A stretch of DNA of 64,000 bases from Candidatus Enterocola sp. (GTDB lineage: Bacteria > Bacteroidota > Bacteroidia > Bacteroidales > Paludibacteraceae). Below the pieces are notes generated by a model. That model saw nothing but the letters and a program-made list of their open reading frames with translations, was not told the DNA's origin and did not search any database. Both the position numbers and the translations under genes were made by a program. The stretch covers positions 34,125-98,124 of the forward strand of contig JAZKYP010000015.1 in assembly GCA_045612225.1 (NCBI GenBank), read 5' to 3'. How positions within the stretch are numbered: the stretch's first letter is position 1; the number at the start of each line of letters is the position of its first letter. This document shows, one piece after another, positions 9,920-19,483 of the stretch.

Positions 9920-10237
9920 ATGACCGACATTAAATGTTTAGAATATGATGACGAAGCAGCTATCATATTCATTCAAAAGAAACTACCAAAAGAGTTGAAT
10001 ATTTCAGATGACGATATTCAATATGTGTTAGACGTAATTTACGACTTCTACGAAAGCAAAGGTCTTTTAAATGACGACACCGACGAAGAAGTAGAAATAG
10101 TAGAAGAAGAGCTACTTCACTACATCCTTAAAGCTGTGAAAAAAGACGAAATGGATGTAGAAAAACTAAATGAAGAAAATGTTCAGCTTATTTTAGATGC
10201 TGAATATGAGTATTCTGAATCATTAGGTGTTTATTAA
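9920..10237 (+). CDS. Small acidic hypothetical protein
   Basis: 105-aa ORF, very D/E-rich, with no recognisable motif. It sits at the head of a co-directional run of genes. Confidence 0.55.
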   Translation: MTDIKCLEYDDEAAIIFIQKKLPKELNISDDDIQYVLDVIYDFYESKGLLNDDTDEEVEIVEEELLHYILKAVKKDEMDVEKLNEENVQLILDAEYEYSESLGVY

Positions 10238-10250
10238 TAAAACTACGTAA

Positions 10251-11132
10251 ATGAAAAAGTTCCTAATATTTTTATCAAATCGTTCATTTAAAACTCTATA
10301 TTTCTTATCAGATATAGCTTATTATCTGATTTATTATATTGTAGGATATAGAAAAAAGATAGTTAGAAAAAATCTAGTAAATTCTTTTCCTGAAAAAAGT
10401 TTAGATGAAATAAAGGTTATAGAAAAGAAGTTTTATCGCCAATTCTGTGACCAAATAATGGAAATGATAAAAATGTTCACTCTTTCTGCAGAAGAAATGG
10501 CTAAGCATTTTTCTGTGGAAAATCAGGAACTTATAATGAAATTGAGGAGTGAAAATAAATCTATCATCTACTATTTAGCGCATTTAGGCTGTTGGGAATA
10601 TGTTTCATATTATGCCACAGCAATAAAAGCAGATAATTTGTACATTGTATATAAAAAGTTGACAGATGAAACTTTTGAACAAATTATGTACGAATTAAGA
10701 TCTAGGTTTGGTGGCCAGCCAGTACAAGATAGTAAGCTATTAAGAACTTTAACTGAGGTTAAAAAAGAAGGAAAAAGAGCAGAAATAGGATTCTTAGCAG
10801 ATCAGTCTCCATTACCAGATGCTTTAAATTATTGGACAACATTCTTAAATCAAAATACTGCTATAATAGATACCATAGAACGTATAGGTAGAAGATTAGA
10901 TTATGCTTTGTGTTATCTGGAAATAGAAAAAGTTTCTAGAGGAGTGTATAAATGTACAGCTAAATTAATTACTGATGATATTAAATCCACTCCTATGAAT
11001 TATGCAACCGAACAATACGTAAGATTGTTGGAAGAAACTATCAGAAAACAACCAGAATGTTATCTATGGTCGCATAATCGCTGGAAATACAAACCAGAAG
11101 ATTCATTAAGAAATAAAAATGAAAAAGGTTAG
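10251..11132 (+). CDS. Lipid A biosynthesis (LpxL/HtrB-type) / lysophospholipid acyltransferase family protein
   Basis: 293 aa with an N-terminal TM helix and an HX4(D/E) acyltransferase motif (HLGCWE). Confidence 0.7.
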   Translation: MKKFLIFLSNRSFKTLYFLSDIAYYLIYYIVGYRKKIVRKNLVNSFPEKSLDEIKVIEKKFYRQFCDQIMEMIKMFTLSAEEMAKHFSVENQELIMKLRSENKSIIYYLAHLGCWEYVSYYATAIKADNLYIVYKKLTDETFEQIMYELRSRFGGQPVQDSKLLRTLTEVKKEGKRAEIGFLADQSPLPDALNYWTTFLNQNTAIIDTIERIGRRLDYALCYLEIEKVSRGVYKCTAKLITDDIKSTPMNYATEQYVRLLEETIRKQPECYLWSHNRWKYKPEDSLRNKNEKG

Positions 11133-12156
11133 TGTAATTATATTAAATTATAACGGTCAAAAACATTTAGAAACATATTTACCTTCTGTAATTAAGAATA
11201 CTCCTCTGCATTTAGCAGATATTATAGTGGCAGATAACGCCTCTACAGATAATTCCGTAGAATGGTTACAAGCTACTTATCCAGCAATAAAGCTTATTCA
11301 GCTTAAAAATAATTATGGTTTTGCCGAGGGGTATAATATTAGCATAGGTAGGGTAGAAACTCCATACGTACTTCTTTTAAATTCTGATGTTGAGGTTACT
11401 CCAAACTGGATTCAACCAATGCTTACCTATATGGAAGAACATCAAAATGTAATAGCAGTTCAGCCAAAAATACTTCAATATAAAGATAAAACCAAGTTTG
11501 AATATGCTGGTGGTGCAGGTGGGTTTATAGACAAATTTGGATATCCATTTTGCAGAGGAAGAATTTTCTCTTCTATCGAAGAAGATAAAGGACAATACAA
11601 CGATATTAGACAAATATTTTGGGCATCAGGTGCTTGTATGATGGTGCGTCGTGTAGACTTTGTCGACTATGGTGGTCTAGACGAAAACTTCTTTACACAT
11701 CAAGAAGAAATAGACTTTTGTTGGAGAGTAAATTCTAGAGGCAGAAAGGTGTTTTATATTCCAAATTCTGTGGTATATCACTTAGGTGGAGGCACACTTG
11801 AACAGTCAAATCCTAGAAAGACATATTACAACTTTAGAAATAATATGTTGATGATATACAAAAACTTAAATACTTCAAGACTTATTCCACTTGCAATAAT
11901 AAGATTCTTTTTAGATTATCTTGCGGCATTTGTATATCTAATTACTTTACAACCAAAATTATCTTGGGCAGTAATAAAAGCAAGAATAGATTTTTATAGA
12001 TACAAAGGCAAGGTGAAGGCTCAAAGAAAAGAAAATCTTATAAAAACAATCCGCTATACAATGCCAAATGTGGTGTATAACGGAAGTATTTTGCTTGCGC
12101 ATCATTTATTTAGAAAGAAGAGATTTTCTCAACTTTCTTCGCTTAATAAAGCTTGA
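11119..12156 (+). CDS. Glycosyltransferase family 2
   Basis: VSVIILNYNG...ADNASTDNS...LNSDVEV GT-A fold motifs. The start overlaps the preceding gene by 14 nt. Confidence 0.85.
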   Translation: MKKVSVIILNYNGQKHLETYLPSVIKNTPLHLADIIVADNASTDNSVEWLQATYPAIKLIQLKNNYGFAEGYNISIGRVETPYVLLLNSDVEVTPNWIQPMLTYMEEHQNVIAVQPKILQYKDKTKFEYAGGAGGFIDKFGYPFCRGRIFSSIEEDKGQYNDIRQIFWASGACMMVRRVDFVDYGGLDENFFTHQEEIDFCWRVNSRGRKVFYIPNSVVYHLGGGTLEQSNPRKTYYNFRNNMLMIYKNLNTSRLIPLAIIRFFLDYLAAFVYLITLQPKLSWAVIKARIDFYRYKGKVKAQRKENLIKTIRYTMPNVVYNGSILLAHHLFRKKRFSQLSSLNKA

Positions 12157-13778
12157 GCATTCTTTATAGCAGCATCGCTTAGTGTACTACCGCTAAGCAT
12201 GCGCGCTATTGCTGTAATTCTTTCTTCTTCGTTCAGTTGAGTTACAGTAGTTTCACTCTCTCCAGATTTTTCTACAAAATAATGTGTAGTAGCCTTAGCT
12301 GCAATTTGTGGTAAGTGGCTAATAGAAATGATTTGCACATTGGCGCTCATTTTCTTAAGCATTTTTGCAGTAAGGTCAGCCGCTTCGCCAGAAATACCTG
12401 TATCAATTTCGTCGAAAATAAGAGTAGGTAGGCTACTGCTTTGTGCTAAAAGATATTTTAAGCACAACATTACCCTAGAAATCTCACCACCAGATGCGGT
12501 TTTGTCTATTGGCTGAGGTGATTTGTTTTTATTTGAAGAGAATAATAATTCCACTTTATCCATACCTGTTTTGTTTGGAAGTTCAAGTGGAGTGATGTCA
12601 AATTTTACATTGCTATATGGCATGCCAAGAGCAGTAAGCTGATCTACTAGCTCTTTTTCTATGATAGAAGCTTGTTTTTGGCGTCTTTCAGATATTTTGG
12701 TGGCTTCAGCCAATAGATGACTATAAATCTCATCACGTTCTCTTTTGAGATTCATTATTTCCTCGTCTGAATTATCAATTAGAGAAATTTTATTCTCTAA
12801 TTCATTCTTTATTTCGATAAGTTCTGTCACAGTTTTTACTCTGTGTTTTTGGCAAAGTGTGTAGATTAAATCCCTTCTTTCTCTTAAATATTCTAGTCTT
12901 TCTGGGTCTGAATCTACCTTTTCACTTTCATTGTAAAGTTCTGCAGAAATATCTTTAAGTTCTATATAACATGATGATATTCTACTTACCAATTCCTCAC
13001 AATATGTCGAGTATTTAGATACAGACGAAATCGCATTTTCTGCATTTCTTAGCATTTCTAATACTCCAGCATCTGTAGAAAGTGTGTTTTCTGCTTCAAG
13101 TAAAGCTTGTTTTATGTCGTTGGCATGTTCTAGTATAGTTAATTCAGTTTCTATATCAATATCTTCTGAATCTACTAGTTTGCTTTCTTCTAGTTGGTTA
13201 AATTGAAATTGAAGATAATCAAGTTCTTCTTTTCCTTTTGATAACTCACTCTCCAATTCTTCTATCTTTTGGCAAATTTGAGCGTGAGATTTATATAGTT
13301 CTTTATAATTTTCTAATAAATCCTGGTTTTTAGCAGTAATATCTAGTACTCCAAGTTGGAAGTTATTATCTCTTAATAGAAGGTTTTCGTGCTGTGAGTG
13401 CACATCTATCAATTGGTCTGCAAGAGTTCTTAATATTGATGCATTTACAGGTGTATCGTTGATAAAAAGTCTAGATTTGCCTGATGCAGACAATTCTCTT
13501 CTTAAAATACATTCAGTGCTGTAATCAAGATCATTTTCTTCGAAAAAGTCTTTGATATTGTAGTTTGCTATATCAAAAACTGCCTCGATGATGCATTTTT
13601 CTGCACCTTCTTTTATACTTTTAAGGTCGGCGCGTGCGCCTAAAACCAAGTTTAATGCTCCTAAAAGAATAGATTTACCAGCACCAGTTTGACCAGTGAT
13701 AACAGAGAAACCAGACTCGAAGTTTAGGTCTAGTTTTTTGATAAGTACATAGTTTTCTATGTGTAAAGAATTAAGCAT
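12129..13778 (-). CDS. recN: DNA repair protein RecN
   Basis: 549 aa with Walker A GQTGAGKS, a long central coiled coil, and a C-terminal SMC signature and Walker B (SGGEISR...LIFDEIDTG). The 3' end overlaps the convergent GT2 gene by 28 nt. Confidence 0.92.
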   Translation of the reverse strand: MLNSLHIENYVLIKKLDLNFESGFSVITGQTGAGKSILLGALNLVLGARADLKSIKEGAEKCIIEAVFDIANYNIKDFFEENDLDYSTECILRRELSASGKSRLFINDTPVNASILRTLADQLIDVHSQHENLLLRDNNFQLGVLDITAKNQDLLENYKELYKSHAQICQKIEELESELSKGKEELDYLQFQFNQLEESKLVDSEDIDIETELTILEHANDIKQALLEAENTLSTDAGVLEMLRNAENAISSVSKYSTYCEELVSRISSCYIELKDISAELYNESEKVDSDPERLEYLRERRDLIYTLCQKHRVKTVTELIEIKNELENKISLIDNSDEEIMNLKRERDEIYSHLLAEATKISERRQKQASIIEKELVDQLTALGMPYSNVKFDITPLELPNKTGMDKVELLFSSNKNKSPQPIDKTASGGEISRVMLCLKYLLAQSSSLPTLIFDEIDTGISGEAADLTAKMLKKMSANVQIISISHLPQIAAKATTHYFVEKSGESETTVTQLNEEERITAIARMLSGSTLSDAAIKNAQALLSEES

Positions 13779-13782
13779 AAAT

Positions 13783-14688
13783 TTATTTCTTTAAAGAATT
13801 GAATCGATGTTGCGATGTCGGTATTATATAACTTAGAATATCATACGCAGTATTACATTCTTCGTTTGTACCTTTAGAATAGATATTTATTATTTCATCT
13901 AGTTTTGCTTCTAAAAATGGTGTAAGAATCACACTTGAGGAAGGATGTTCTTTGTATACAGTTCTTAAACTTTTAAGTCCTTCTGTAATTGTAGCTCTAC
14001 TCTTTTGTGCCGCTATAGACATTTCATCTAGACCTAGTCTGTGGTAGGTGTATAGATATTTTCTATATTCTGTAACAGCATCGTCCAATATATTGCTTAT
14101 TACAGCATATCTATTGTTGCTGTCTTCAAATGCTCTCCAGCCTTGTTCGTTTGTGCTTTGTGCTTGATTTACAATGCTTTCTGCTTTTTTGTATATAGGT
14201 GTGCCTCCCAAACTAGAGAAAGTGTCAAGGTCGGTGGCAATTATCATATAAGCATAATATGCAAGCACGGCTGTTAAATTGTCTGAGAAAGAGTTCTCGT
14301 CGAAGTTTAACGGGTCGTTTTCATTATATGTAAACGCGAAATTTGGGTCGTTGAAACTATAGATAGGACTTTTATAGTTTGTTCCGAAGACAGGTCTATT
14401 TGCATTTACCTGGATGTTGCAGCTAAACGAACCATTGTTATAGTTGTTTACTAATATCATTATGCTACACTCGATGCGTTCTTCCACAGCGTATTGGTGG
14501 TCTGTCCATTGTCTTTCGTTCATAAACTCTGTAATGGACTTTTCAAGTGTAGTGAAAATAGATTTGCTTGTGCCAGAAATTTGATCTGAATTGACAGTTA
14601 CTTTGCAATTCAGTTCGTTAGCATATCCTAATGTGAAGAAGGAAATGAATAAGAGTAGGGTAGATAATATTTTTTTTATGCTTTGCAT
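13783..14688 (-). CDS. Secreted conserved protein; its position matches the DUF4835 family found between coaBC and recN in Bacteroidota
   Basis: 301 aa with a signal peptide. The family call rests on remembered synteny (bamD-rpoZ-coaBC-DUF4835-recN), not on a motif I can verify. Confidence 0.5.
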   Translation of the reverse strand: MQSIKKILSTLLLFISFFTLGYANELNCKVTVNSDQISGTSKSIFTTLEKSITEFMNERQWTDHQYAVEERIECSIMILVNNYNNGSFSCNIQVNANRPVFGTNYKSPIYSFNDPNFAFTYNENDPLNFDENSFSDNLTAVLAYYAYMIIATDLDTFSSLGGTPIYKKAESIVNQAQSTNEQGWRAFEDSNNRYAVISNILDDAVTEYRKYLYTYHRLGLDEMSIAAQKSRATITEGLKSLRTVYKEHPSSSVILTPFLEAKLDEIINIYSKGTNEECNTAYDILSYIIPTSQHRFNSLKK

Positions 14689-15866
14689 ATATTGTCTATA
14701 ATATCTTTTGCTACTTCTGTTTTAGATTTTAGTTCGAAGGCTTTAGTTTCGCCGTCTTTTTCTATGATAGTGATTTTATTTGTGTCGTAACCAAAACATG
14801 CATTAGCATCTTTTAGTGAGTTTAGAACAATAAAATCAAGATTTTTTCTTTTTAATTTGCCTTGAGCATTTTCTGCTTCGTTGTTGGTTTCAAGTGCAAA
14901 ACCCACCATTATTTGGTCTTTACGTTTTTTTGCTCCTAAACTAGCAGCAATGTCTTGTGTAGGTTTAAGTCTGATAACTAAATCATCTTTTTCGCGCTTA
15001 ATCTTTTCGTCAGCTTGAGTTTCTGGTTTGAAGTCTGCCACAGCTGCGCAAAGAATGCAAATATCTGCAGAGTCAAACTCTTCATTTGCAGCATTGTACA
15101 TTTCTTCTGCTGAAGTTACGCTAATAGTTTTAATATTAGGATGTTTTGCTTTTATTTGCACAGGACCACTCACAAGCGATACTTCTGCACCTCTTGCTGC
15201 GCATTCCTCTGCTAACGCATAACCCATTTTACCGCTAGAATGATTGCCAATAAAGCGAACAGGGTCTATTTTTTCGTATGTAGGACCTGCAGTGATAAGT
15301 ACTTTTTTGCCAGCAAGTTCTTGCTTAGACGAGAAAAAGTCTGCAACGCGCTCAGAAATTTCTTCTGGTTCTGCCATTCTGCCTTTGCCTTCCAATCCGC
15401 TTGCTAGGAAACCTGAAGCCGCATCTATAATATTTACGCCTTTACCTTTTAAGTATGAGATATTTTCTTGTGTGGTAGGGTGGGCATACATATCCAAATC
15501 CATGGCTGGTGCCACAAACACAGGGCAACGTGCAGAAAGATATGTGGTTGTAAGTAAGTTGTCTGCAATGCCATGCGCCATTTTAGCTATGGTATTTGCA
15601 GTAGCAGGTGCTATAATATAAGCATCAGCCCAAAGTCCTAGAGATACATGGCTATTCCATGCTCCATTTGTAGGGTCGAAGAAATCTACTAGGATTGGGT
15701 TTTTAGAAAGTGTAGCTAGGGTAAGTGGCGTGATAAACGCTTTGGCTTTTTCGGTCATTATCACCTTAACTTCGGCACCGCGTTTTACCAAGTCACGAAT
15801 GAGGTAAGCTGTTTTATATGCAGCTATACCTCCCGTTACTCCTATAAGTATATGTTTACCTTGCAA
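14676..15866 (-). CDS. coaBC: Bifunctional phosphopantothenoylcysteine decarboxylase / phosphopantothenate-cysteine ligase
   Basis: 396 aa. N-terminal flavoprotein domain (GVTGGIAAYK) and a C-terminal DFP/CoaB domain (ITAGPTYEKIDPVRFIGNHSSGKMG). Confidence 0.92.
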   Translation of the reverse strand: MQGKHILIGVTGGIAAYKTAYLIRDLVKRGAEVKVIMTEKAKAFITPLTLATLSKNPILVDFFDPTNGAWNSHVSLGLWADAYIIAPATANTIAKMAHGIADNLLTTTYLSARCPVFVAPAMDLDMYAHPTTQENISYLKGKGVNIIDAASGFLASGLEGKGRMAEPEEISERVADFFSSKQELAGKKVLITAGPTYEKIDPVRFIGNHSSGKMGYALAEECAARGAEVSLVSGPVQIKAKHPNIKTISVTSAEEMYNAANEEFDSADICILCAAVADFKPETQADEKIKREKDDLVIRLKPTQDIAASLGAKKRKDQIMVGFALETNNEAENAQGKLKRKNLDFIVLNSLKDANACFGYDTNKITIIEKDGETKAFELKSKTEVAKDIIDNICKA

Positions 15867-15874
15867 AGGGTAAA

Positions 15875-16198
15875 TTATTTTTTGTTTGGATTGCGAAAAT
15901 ATGTTTTGTCTTCGATGTATTCTTGTGTTGCAAGAAGTACTGGTTTTGGAAGACGTTCATAATACTTAGAAATTTCGATTTGTTCGCGATTTTCAAATAC
16001 TTCTTCTAAGTTGTCTACGTTGTTGCTAGAGAATTCTTCTAGTTTACGTTTTAGTTCGTCTTTAATTTCAACACCAATTTGATTTGCACGTTTACCAATG
16101 ATAGCAACAGTTTCATATACATTACCGGTGTTTTCGCATAAGCTGTTTACATCACGTGTTACAGTGTTTGTTGGAGCTTTTGATTTTTTGTAATCCAT
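15875..16198 (-). CDS. rpoZ: DNA-directed RNA polymerase subunit omega
   Basis: 107 aa with a VAIIGKRANQI omega-like core. Conserved position between bamD and coaBC. Confidence 0.7.
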   Translation of the reverse strand: MDYKKSKAPTNTVTRDVNSLCENTGNVYETVAIIGKRANQIGVEIKDELKRKLEEFSSNNVDNLEEVFENREQIEISKYYERLPKPVLLATQEYIEDKTYFRNPNKK

Positions 16199-16218
16199 TT
16201 TAATTATATATAATTAGG

Positions 16219-17058
16219 TTAATCTTCTGTTTGTTCTATCTGAGATAAAATCTTCTTTAAGTGTTCTGATATTTTATCTACTTCTTTTTTATATTTTGTC
16301 TCAGGATATTCTTGTAAGAAATAATAGTATTCATCTAATGCATCTTCGCAACGTTGTTTAAGTTTTTCTTGAACACTATTAATAGCTTCTTTATATTTTG
16401 CGCGTACTATAATTACTGAATATTCTTCTTTGTACTGAGAATTAGGATAATCATTTAAAGCATTTTGAGCACTTACTACAGCAGCTCTATAGTTGTTGCC
16501 TCTATAATTTCCTAGATTATAATATAATTGCACATTTTTTAAGTCTCTATATGCTAGTTTTTCATACATTTCGTGTTGAAGTTCTTTCGCACGTGGTGTT
16601 TGTTCGTTGTATGGGAAGGCTTCAATAAAACGTTGAAAATTTTCTATTGCCTTAACAGTTGCAGTTTGGTCAAGCTCTGCCTCTGGAGACTGATGATAAT
16701 AAGAATATGCTAGCATAAACAAACATTCTGTATAATGACTTCCTCTAAGGTAAGTATTTACGTATGTTTGATAATGATGCGCAGATGATATATATTCTTT
16801 TCTTTTAAAGTGACTTGTAGAAAGTAAATATAAAATATTTTCAGACCTTTCAGTTCCTTTATAAGCATTAGAAATATCTTCTAAAAGTGTAATAGCTTTT
16901 TTATAATCCTCTTCATTATAGCACTTTATGGCAAATTCATATTTTGCATTATTGTCTGTGCTTTTTCTGATTTGTTTGTATTCCTTACTGCTAATCTTAG
17001 CCGTACAAATTTGGCAAGAGAACACAAATAGGCATAATATGTATAAAAATCTATTCAT
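16219..17058 (-). CDS. bamD: Outer membrane protein assembly factor BamD (TPR lipoprotein)
   Basis: The ORF track gives 16219-17076. I place the start at the ATG at 17058 (MNRFLYILCLFVFSC lipobox), just downstream of the -7 box. TPR-like repeats run throughout. Confidence 0.8.
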   Translation of the reverse strand: MNRFLYILCLFVFSCQICTAKISSKEYKQIRKSTDNNAKYEFAIKCYNEEDYKKAITLLEDISNAYKGTERSENILYLLSTSHFKRKEYISSAHHYQTYVNTYLRGSHYTECLFMLAYSYYHQSPEAELDQTATVKAIENFQRFIEAFPYNEQTPRAKELQHEMYEKLAYRDLKNVQLYYNLGNYRGNNYRAAVVSAQNALNDYPNSQYKEEYSVIIVRAKYKEAINSVQEKLKQRCEDALDEYYYFLQEYPETKYKKEVDKISEHLKKILSQIEQTED

Positions 17059-17065
17059 TAGGGTG

Positions 17066-17073
17066 CAAAGGTA
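17066..17073 (-). promoter_or_regulatory. Putative -7 promoter box for bamD
   Basis: The reverse complement reads TACCTTTG. This implies a very short or absent leader before the ATG at 17058. Confidence 0.4.
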
Positions 17074-17144
17074 CAAATATTATAATCAAAAAGCAAATAA
17101 AAATATCATATCTCACTCACTAAAAAATCTTAAATGGAGTGGTA

Positions 17145-18323
17145 TTACTTCCATTTATAATGTGCTTTTGGTCGGAAATAGGCTACTACGTATAGGTAAA
17201 GGTTTATAAGTGGCAATAAAATGTCCATAAAACCTATGCCAAAGTAGAATTTTCTTTCGCCAAGTTCTTTTGCATTTAGATTGATGATAATGTATTGAAT
17301 AATATATCTTAAAATGAATGCTCCTGGTGCAATAAAGTACCAATAAGGCAATGCAAAAATGCAGGTTGCTAAAATGCTTAAATAAAACAAAAATCTACTG
17401 CCAAGTTCTGTGCCTAAAATAAATTTAGAAGAGAATTTGTATCTGCCAGAAGTGGAAAGGTGACGTTCTTTTTGTGCTAAAAATGCTGAGAATGTTTTCT
17501 TTTCTTCCGATGTGGTAAAGCTCTCTGTGCCAATGCAAACAGATGTGTTTTTGCTACGTGCAAAATCGTTTACAAATAGGTCGTCGTCGCCAGATTGAAT
17601 GTCTAAATGTTTTGAAAATCCTTTAGACTTTTCAAAGAAACTCTTTCTGTATGCCATATTTCTGCCCACACCCATATAAGGATAGCCTGCAATGGCATAA
17701 TTTAGGTATTGAATACCTATAAATAATGTGTCGAATACTTGAATAAAGTTTGTGAAGCTTTTATTCTTGTTGTAAGCTCCGTATCCTAATACTATTTGAG
17801 TATCACCAGAGAAACTTCTAACCATATTTTCAAGCCACTTGTTAGAAACGGCTTCGCAATCAGCATCTGTAAACACAAGAATGTCGTTTTTAGCCGCTTT
17901 TACGCCAAGTATAACGGCAATTTTCTTAGAGTCGATATATTTAGCATCGTGTGGCACGAAACTAGTTTTCAGATGAGGGTATTCCTTTTTAAGTAGTTCT
18001 AATACGGTTTCTGTGTCGTCGTAAGAACGGTCGTTGATAACAATTACCTCGTAGTTTGGATAGTCTTGTTTCAGGATGCTAGGAAGGTGCTTTTTAAGGT
18101 TTTCTTCCTCGTTTCTTGCACAAATAATCACAGAAACTTCAGGAAGACTTTCCAAAAGTTTTATTTTACCTTTCTTTATTCTGCGTTTGTGTCTGAAAAC
18201 GGCAGTGTAGAAACGTAGGTAAAAATAAAGTTGTACTAAAAGGCTAAAAAATAGTACTGCCAAACATATAAGTTCGGCAGTAGAAAATGTATTTAAAAGA
18301 TTTACAAGCATATTGTTATTCAA
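17145..18323 (-). CDS. Membrane-anchored glycosyltransferase family 2
   Basis: 392 aa with an N-terminal TM helix, the GT-A motifs VSVIICARNEE...VINDRSYDDT...FTDADC, and C-terminal TM helices. Confidence 0.85.
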   Translation of the reverse strand: MNNNMLVNLLNTFSTAELICLAVLFFSLLVQLYFYLRFYTAVFRHKRRIKKGKIKLLESLPEVSVIICARNEEENLKKHLPSILKQDYPNYEVIVINDRSYDDTETVLELLKKEYPHLKTSFVPHDAKYIDSKKIAVILGVKAAKNDILVFTDADCEAVSNKWLENMVRSFSGDTQIVLGYGAYNKNKSFTNFIQVFDTLFIGIQYLNYAIAGYPYMGVGRNMAYRKSFFEKSKGFSKHLDIQSGDDDLFVNDFARSKNTSVCIGTESFTTSEEKKTFSAFLAQKERHLSTSGRYKFSSKFILGTELGSRFLFYLSILATCIFALPYWYFIAPGAFILRYIIQYIIINLNAKELGERKFYFGIGFMDILLPLINLYLYVVAYFRPKAHYKWK

Positions 18324-19473
18324 AGTCTTCTGAGAAATAACTGTTTGGAAGATTTCTTAGGTTGTATTGAGAACTCATTACCTCGCCGTATGCACCAGCA
18401 GAACGAAGTGCTATTATGTCGCCACGTTTTACTTCGTTTAGCATCACATTTTTGCCAAATACGTCTGATGATTCACAAATAGGACCAACCACATCGTATT
18501 CTTTTTCTGCTTCGTTGCTGCTTAGGTTTTCAATTCTGTGATATGCATCATACATAGCAGGGCGAATAAGTTCTGTGAAACCTGCATCAAGAATAGCAAA
18601 ACGTTTAACTTCACCTTCTTTTACATAAAGCACGCGGCTAATAAGGTTACCACATTGACCAACCACGGCTCTACCAAGCTCGAAGTGGATATTTTGACCT
18701 TCTCTGCGCTCAACAAGTTTGTTGAATACGGCAAAGTAGTTTTCAAAATCTGGTATATTAATGTGGTTTGGATGATGATAATCAATACCTAAGCCACCGC
18801 CAAAGTTCATGTTAGGGAAGGTGATACCTTCTTTTTCTAATGAGTCTTGAAGTTCGTTTGCTTTAATACAAAGGTCTTTAAATGCACTCATATCAGTGAT
18901 TTGTGAACCGATATGGAAGTGAAGACCAACTACTTCAATATTTGAAAGTGTATTTGCTTCTTTAATAACGCTAGAAATTTGGCTCATATTTATGCCAAAT
19001 TTGTTTTCAGAAAGACCAGTTGTAATTTTTGCGTGTGTATGCGCATCCACATTTGGGTTTACTCTGAATTCTACTCTTGCAGTTTTGCCTTTGGCAATAG
19101 CCAATTCATTAATAATGTATAGTTCTGCAAGTGATTCCACGTTGAAGCAGAAAATATCTGCATCAAGGGCTAGGTTTATTTCCCAATCAGCTTTGCCAAC
19201 GCCAGCAAAAACTACTTTGTCTGCAGGGAAACCTGCTTCAATAGCAGCTCTTACTTCGCCACCGCTAACACAGTCTGCGCCAAAACCATAGCTAGCAATA
19301 AGTTTAAGGATGCGAGGGTTTGCATTTGCTTTAATAGCGTAATGTTGACAAAAATTGTACTTGTCAGTTTCTTTCTTAATTGCCTCTAAAGTGTTCTTTA
19401 GTAAGGCAGTATCGTAAAAATAGAATGGGGTAGTTAAATTACCCCATTTTTCTATCGGAAAATTTCCTTTCAT
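18316..19473 (-). CDS. lysA: Diaminopimelate decarboxylase
   Basis: 385 aa, Orn/DAP/Arg decarboxylase fold, PLP-lysine context HYAIKANANP, and GGGLGIDY. Adjacent to lysC. Confidence 0.9.
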   Translation of the reverse strand: MKGNFPIEKWGNLTTPFYFYDTALLKNTLEAIKKETDKYNFCQHYAIKANANPRILKLIASYGFGADCVSGGEVRAAIEAGFPADKVVFAGVGKADWEINLALDADIFCFNVESLAELYIINELAIAKGKTARVEFRVNPNVDAHTHAKITTGLSENKFGINMSQISSVIKEANTLSNIEVVGLHFHIGSQITDMSAFKDLCIKANELQDSLEKEGITFPNMNFGGGLGIDYHHPNHINIPDFENYFAVFNKLVERREGQNIHFELGRAVVGQCGNLISRVLYVKEGEVKRFAILDAGFTELIRPAMYDAYHRIENLSSNEAEKEYDVVGPICESSDVFGKNVMLNEVKRGDIIALRSAGAYGEVMSSQYNLRNLPNSYFSEDFE

Positions 19474-19483
19474 TTATAATCAA